Source: Pelagibacteraceae bacterium (GTDB lineage: Bacteria; Pseudomonadota; Alphaproteobacteria; HIMB59; GCA-002718135). Taken from it: a stretch of DNA of 64,000 nucleotides. Where the stretch lies: positions 5,315 to 69,314 of the forward strand of contig PBDW01000003.1 in assembly GCA_002717485.1 (NCBI GenBank). Direction: 5' to 3'. Shown here in pieces: positions 60,081-64,000 of the stretch (the stretch's first letter is position 1; each line of letters starts with the position of its first letter). The notes under the pieces are model-generated. The model was given only the letters and a program-made list of their open reading frames with translations, searched no databases and had not been told where the DNA came from. A program made the position numbers and the translations under genes.

Positions 60081-60509
60081 TTATTTTATTATCTCCATCC
60101 CCATAGATCTTGCTGAGCCTTTAACCATTTCAACAGCTCCTTTTAGATCAACTGCGTTTAGATCTTCCATTTTCTTTTCTGCAATTTCTTCTATCTGCTT
60201 TGAGTTGACTTTTCCTTCAAGCGACCTACCGGGTGTAGAATTTCCTTTTTTTATATTTGCTGCTTTCTTTAGATAAAATGAAACTGGTGGTAATTTTGTA
60301 ATAAAATCAAATTTTTTATCTTTATATGCAGTTATCACTACGGGTATAGGAGATCCCTTTTCAAGATCTTTTGTTTTTTCATTAAAAGCTTTGCAGAAAT
60401 CCATTATATTTAATCCCCTTTGTCCTAATGCAGGACCTACAGGAGGCGAAGGATTTGCTCCTCCAGCGGGAATTTGTAACTTTATATATCCAACAATTTC
60501 TTTTGCCAT
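60081..60509 (-). CDS. rplK: 50S ribosomal protein L11
   Basis: [35 protein letters not shown]. Confidence 0.95.
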   Translation of the reverse strand: MAKEIVGYIKLQIPAGGANPSPPVGPALGQRGLNIMDFCKAFNEKTKDLEKGSPIPVVITAYKDKKFDFITKLPPVSFYLKKAANIKKGNSTPGRSLEGKVNSKQIEEIAEKKMEDLNAVDLKGAVEMVKGSARSMGMEIIK

Positions 60510-60517
60510 ATTACTAA

Positions 60518-61051
60518 CTAAGCTTTCTCAACTTGTGAATATTCTAATTCTACCGGGGTAGATCTTCCAAATATTGAAACCGCAACCTTTATTCTAGACT
60601 TTTCCTCATCAATTTGTTCAATCATCCCATCAAATGAAGCAAATGGTCCATCTATAACCTTTATATGCTCACCAACTTCAAATTCAATTGAAGGACGAGG
60701 CTTCTCAATACCTTGAAGCACTTGTTCACTGATTTTATTTGCTTCTGAATTGCTTATAGGAGTTGGTTTGCCTTTTGATCCTAAAAATGTTGAAACTTTT
60801 GGTGTATTTTTTATCATATGCCAAGTTTCATCATTCATAATCATTTTTATTAGAATATATCCTGGAAAAAATTTTCTTTCAGTATTAACCCTGGAACCTC
60901 TTTTAACCTCAACAATTTCTTGTGTTGGTACGGAAATTTCTTCAATCATATCAGAAAGTCCTAAAGTATATGATCTTTCTCTAATGTTATCCGCTACTTT
61001 TTTTTCAAAACCAGAATATGCGTGAATCACGTACCACTTTGCTTCTTCCAT
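60518..61051 (-). CDS. nusG: Transcription termination/antitermination factor NusG
   Basis: 177 aa. [24 protein letters not shown], and a C-terminal KOW. Confidence 0.95.
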   Translation of the reverse strand: MEEAKWYVIHAYSGFEKKVADNIRERSYTLGLSDMIEEISVPTQEIVEVKRGSRVNTERKFFPGYILIKMIMNDETWHMIKNTPKVSTFLGSKGKPTPISNSEANKISEQVLQGIEKPRPSIEFEVGEHIKVIDGPFASFDGMIEQIDEEKSRIKVAVSIFGRSTPVELEYSQVEKA

Positions 61052-61260
61052 TAAAGCCCCACTCCAAAATTAATAATATGTTTTATTGAAAAAGATAGAA
61101 CCTGATCTGTTAATAAGAAAAAAAGTGAAAATACAATTATTAAAATACCTACTACTGCTGAAGAAATAAGAGTATCTTTCCTTTCAGGCCAAGTTACTTT
61201 TGACAATTCCTGTCTTACCTGCCTAACAAACAATGCAGGAGAAGTTTTTTTGTCAGTCAT
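61051..61260 (-). CDS. secE: Preprotein translocase subunit SecE
   Basis: 69 aa. FVRQVRQELSKVTWP plus a single TM. Shares 1 nt with the nusG start. Confidence 0.9.
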   Translation of the reverse strand: MTDKKTSPALFVRQVRQELSKVTWPERKDTLISSAVVGILIIVFSLFFLLTDQVLSFSIKHIINFGVGL

Positions 61261-61282
61261 ATATATTCCCTCATTTACACTA

Positions 61283-61358
61283 TGGCAGGAGTGGCAGGAC
61301 TTGAACCTGCAGCCCCCGGTTTTGGAGACCGGTGCTCTACCAATTGAGCTACACTCCT
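61283..61358 (-). tRNA. tRNA-Trp (anticodon CCA)
   Basis: 76 nt. AGGAGTG acceptor pairs with CACTCCT. Anticodon stem-loop CCGGT-CTCCAAA-ACCGG. TTCAAGT T-loop, encoded CCA. Confidence 0.92.
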
Positions 61359-61409
61359 AAAAATAAAAAGAGAGTTTTCAAATGGTATGAGATCCGAACC
61401 CTCTTTAAT

Positions 61410-62600
61410 TTATTCAATCACCTTTGCAACAACCCCGGCACCTACTGTTTTACCACCTTCTCTAATTGCAAATCTTAAACCTTCATCCATTGCTATTGGA
61501 GAAGTTAACTCGACATCCATCGTTATATTGTCACCAGGCATAACCATTTCAGTACCTTCTGGAAGTTTTACAGCACCAGTTACATCAGTTGTTCTAAAAT
61601 AAAATTGAGGTCTATAATTTGAAAAGAATGGAGTATGTCTTCCACCTTCTTCTTTTTTTAATACATATGCCTCAGCTTTAAATTTAGTATGTGGCTTGAT
61701 AGATCCAGGGGCTGCTAAAACTTGTCCCCGCTCAACCTCTTCTCTTTTTGTACCTCTAAGTAATGCACCTATATTATCGCCAGCTTCTCCATTATCAAGA
61801 AGTTTTCTAAACATTTCAACTCCAGTAATTGTAGTTTTTTGAATATCCTTTAAACCTACTATTTCAACTTCGTCTCCTGTTTTGATTACACCTTGCTCTA
61901 TTCTTCCTGTACAAACTGTACCTCTTCCTGAAATAGAAAACACATCTTCAACTGGCATCAAAAATGGCTTGTCTTTTGGTCTATCGGGTTGAGGAATATG
62001 TTCGTCAACGGCTTTCATAAGTTCAAGAATTGAATTTTTTCCAATTTCATCATCCTTTCCTTCTATTGCTGCCAATGCTGAACCTTTAATTATAGGAGTC
62101 TTATCTCCAGGAAATTCATATGAAGTTAAAAGTTCTTTTATTTCTTCCTGAACTAAATCAACTAGCTCTTTATCGTCAACTTGATCTACTTTATTTAAGT
62201 AAACAACAATTGCAGGAACGCCAACTTGTCTAGCCAACAAGATATGTTCTCTTGTTTGGGGCATAGGACCGTCTGCAGCATTTACGACTAGTATTGCTCC
62301 ATCCATCTGCGCTGCTCCAGTTATCATATTTTTCACATAGTCTGCGTGACCAGGACAATCAACGTGTGCATAATGTCTTTTTTCAGTTTCATATTCTACA
62401 TGGGCAGTTGCTATAGTAATTCCTCTTTCTTTTTCTTCAGGAGCCTTATCTATCTGATCATATGCTGTAAATTCTGCTCCGCCCGTTTCTGATAATATTT
62501 TTGTAATTGCCGCTGTTAAAGTTGTTTTCCCATGATCCACATGACCAATGGTCCCAACATTAGCGTGCGGTTTATTTCTTTCAAATTTTGCTTTTGCCAT
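61410..62600 (-). CDS. tuf: Elongation factor Tu
   Basis: 396 aa. [22 protein letters not shown]. Confidence 0.97.
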   Translation of the reverse strand: MAKAKFERNKPHANVGTIGHVDHGKTTLTAAITKILSETGGAEFTAYDQIDKAPEEKERGITIATAHVEYETEKRHYAHVDCPGHADYVKNMITGAAQMDGAILVVNAADGPMPQTREHILLARQVGVPAIVVYLNKVDQVDDKELVDLVQEEIKELLTSYEFPGDKTPIIKGSALAAIEGKDDEIGKNSILELMKAVDEHIPQPDRPKDKPFLMPVEDVFSISGRGTVCTGRIEQGVIKTGDEVEIVGLKDIQKTTITGVEMFRKLLDNGEAGDNIGALLRGTKREEVERGQVLAAPGSIKPHTKFKAEAYVLKKEEGGRHTPFFSNYRPQFYFRTTDVTGAVKLPEGTEMVMPGDNITMDVELTSPIAMDEGLRFAIREGGKTVGAGVVAKVIE

Positions 62601-62623
62601 AATTTATACCCCAATATTTTTTT

Positions 62624-62697
62624 TGGAGCGGGTGAAGGGAATCGAACCCTCGTAGCCAGCTTGGAAGGCTGGAGCTTTACCACTAAGCTACACCCGC
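62624..62697 (-). tRNA. tRNA-Gly (anticodon UCC)
   Basis: 74 nt. GCGGGTG acceptor pairs with CACCCGC. Anticodon stem-loop CCAGC-CTTCCAA-GCTGG. TTCGATT T-loop, encoded CCA. Confidence 0.92.
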
Positions 62698-62749
62698 AAC
62701 TGACCCCACTCTAAAATTTCTATGCCTTAATTTATCTACCACCCCGTTG

Positions 62750-62835
62750 TGGTGGAGGGGGTAGGATTCGAACCTACGTACGCTCACGCGGGCGGATTTA
62801 CAGTCCGCTGCCTTTAACCACTCGACCACCCCTCC
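62750..62835 (-). tRNA. tRNA-Tyr (anticodon GUA)
   Basis: 86 nt. GGAGGGG acceptor. Anticodon stem-loop GCGGA-CTGTAAA-TCCGC. Long variable arm, TTCGAAT T-loop, encoded CCA. Confidence 0.92.
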
Positions 62836-62860
62836 ATAAAGAGGAATGAACTTACTAAGT

Positions 62861-62889
62861 ATTATAACTCTTTTGTCAACGGCAAATTG
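62861..62889 (-). promoter_or_regulatory. Candidate promoter for the tRNA-Tyr/tRNA-Gly/tuf transcription unit
   Basis: Perfect TATAAT on the minus strand (62866..62861), 25 nt upstream of the tRNA 5' end. The hexamer at the canonical -35 distance is weak (CAATTT). Confidence 0.35.
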
Positions 62890-63014
62890 AAAATTCCACG
62901 TGCACTAATGTTTGTTCTTAAAGCATAGGTCTTCTAAACAAAAAACTATATTTTGTATAGAGGTGTATTTCAATAATTTACTTTTTTTTATTATAGCTTA
63001 TATTTAATTAATTT

Positions 63015-63785
63015 ATGGCTAAAAACGGTAGATTTTTAAAGAAAAGAAAGGCTGAGATGCTAGTTTATGGGTATCACTCAGTAGTAGCCTCTTTGGAAAA
63101 TCCTAAAAGAAGGGTAAAAAACCTCATTATCAGCGATAATTTGCCTGAATCTCAGATTAAAGATTTTTACAATAAATGCGATAAAATTAAAATTTTACCT
63201 AAAAAAGAGTTTGAAAAAATTTATGGAAAATTTGATAATAATCAAGGTGTAATTTTAGAAACCCTTAATCTTGAAAAAGTAGATTTAAAATCAGAGCTAC
63301 AAAAAACAAAAAAGGGGAATAGTTCTATAATTATTATGCTTGATCATATTCAAGATCCTCAAAATATAGGTTCTATAATTAGATCAGCTTCATTATTTGA
63401 CTGTAAAAATATAATTGTAGCTAAAAAAAACTCTCCTAATTTAAATTCTACAATTTTAAAATCTGCATCAGGTGGTGCTGAAGTAGTAAATTTCATAAGT
63501 GTAGTAAATTTAGTTAGAACAATAAAAGAAATAAAAAGGCACGGTTTTTGGGTTGTAGGTTTAGATGAAAAATCAGACTATAAAATTGATGAATTTGAGA
63601 TGCCAAAAAAATGTTTGTTAGTAATTGGTTCAGAGCATTCTGGGCTAAGAGATTTAACTAAAAAAAGTTGTGATTACCTAGTATCAATAAAGTTTAGGAA
63701 AAATAACAAATTAAAAATTGATAGCCTCAACGTAGCTAATGCAACGAGCATCGCATTATACGAGTACTTTAAAAAAATAAACTGA
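63015..63785 (+). CDS. TrmH/SpoU-family RNA 2'-O-methyltransferase (RlmB-like)
   Basis: 256 aa. SpoU motifs: DHIQDPQNIGSIIRSA, LVIGSEHSGL, SLNVANATSIALYE. N-terminal substrate-binding domain (YGYHSVVASLEN). Confidence 0.85.
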   Translation: MAKNGRFLKKRKAEMLVYGYHSVVASLENPKRRVKNLIISDNLPESQIKDFYNKCDKIKILPKKEFEKIYGKFDNNQGVILETLNLEKVDLKSELQKTKKGNSSIIIMLDHIQDPQNIGSIIRSASLFDCKNIIVAKKNSPNLNSTILKSASGGAEVVNFISVVNLVRTIKEIKRHGFWVVGLDEKSDYKIDEFEMPKKCLLVIGSEHSGLRDLTKKSCDYLVSIKFRKNNKLKIDSLNVANATSIALYEYFKKIN

Positions 63786-63833
63786 TTAAGCTTCAAAAAA
63801 AAAATAATTCTGCTATTAATATCTAAACTAACA

Positions 63834-63909
<76 letters not shown>

Positions 63910-63922
63910 GAAATCAAACTAC

Positions 63923-64000
63923 TTACAGACCAGGTATGTAAGGTATTCCATCGCCTTTAACTCTTTCATTTATATCAGATATAGTTGAACAACTGCTGAT
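63923..64000 (-). CDS. Possible 3' end of an unidentified minus-strand gene (25 codons + TAA), truncated by the window edge
   Basis: The reverse frame is open from 64000 to TAA at 63925..63923 (...ISDINERVKGDGIPYIPGL*). Too short to identify. Confidence 0.25.
   Translation of the reverse strand: MSSCSTISDINERVKGDGIPYIPGL

Noticed and set aside
33975-61602. About 30 antisense or alternate-frame ORFs across the ribosomal/RNAP cluster, for example 34533-34979, 37211-37519, 44787-45086, 51511-51876, 54492-54971, 58423-58617, 59917-60276, 60750-61025, 61387-61602.
   Set aside because: Each is fully embedded in a universally conserved gene (rpoA, secY, rplB, rpoC, rpoB, rplL, rplA/rplK, nusG, tuf). 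The Ala-rich 58423-58617 ORF is simply the mirror of the L7/L12 Ala/Pro hinge.
62532-62714. Track ORF 62532-62714 (+).
   Set aside because: It spans the tuf 5' end in antisense and the entire tRNA-Gly gene, so it is an artefact.
62861-62879. Perfect TTGACA (62879..62874) and perfect TATAAT (62866..62861) on the minus strand upstream of tRNA-Tyr.
   Set aside because: They are only 7 nt apart and cannot be the -35/-10 of one sigma70 promoter. I kept TATAAT as a candidate -10 with a weak -35. The TTGACA may belong to a second overlapping promoter or be a chance match.

Overview
The window is AT-rich and very gene-dense. Most intergenic gaps are under 100 nt and many neighbouring genes overlap by 1-11 nt. 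Protein signatures and gene order are alphaproteobacterial. By inference only, they fit a streamlined marine lineage such as SAR11/Pelagibacterales.

Left part (1 to ~31.8 kb): a mixed-strand accessory region dominated by catabolism of methylated osmolytes, C1 units and nitrogen-rich solutes.
- A bhmt / dimethylglycine-dehydrogenase / aminotransferase operon.
- A DddP-like M24 enzyme and a GcvT/DmdA-like demethylase.
- A Rieske oxygenase + ALDH + SDR operon.
- A TRAP transporter and a Pot-type ABC transporter.
- An AGAT-like amidinotransferase next to a creatinase/DoeA-like M24 hydrolase.
- gabD and two further ALDH paralogues.
- An M19 'dipeptidase' homologue with substituted metal ligands.
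- Housekeeping genes at the right edge: ROK kinase, bioY, mgtE, tRNA-Leu, lipB.

Right part (32.5-63.9 kb): an almost uninterrupted minus-strand translation/transcription super-cluster. Order on the minus strand is tRNA-Tyr, tRNA-Gly, tuf, tRNA-Trp, secE-nusG-rplKAJL-rpoBC, rpsLG-fusA, the S10/spc/alpha operons through rplQ, and a pseudouridine synthase. On the plus strand are an rlmB-like methyltransferase and tRNA-Thr.

I see no rRNA, CRISPR, transposase/integrase, prophage or recognisable defence genes.

The best candidate for undescribed biology is the two-gene module of unknown function at 21377-23810 (572 aa + 235 aa). It is flanked by the degenerate M19 homologue and the DmdA-like gene. 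The AGAT-like/creatinase-like pair at 24955-27262 ranks second. All family calls come from motif recognition by eye and from memory of reference sequences. No searches were run.
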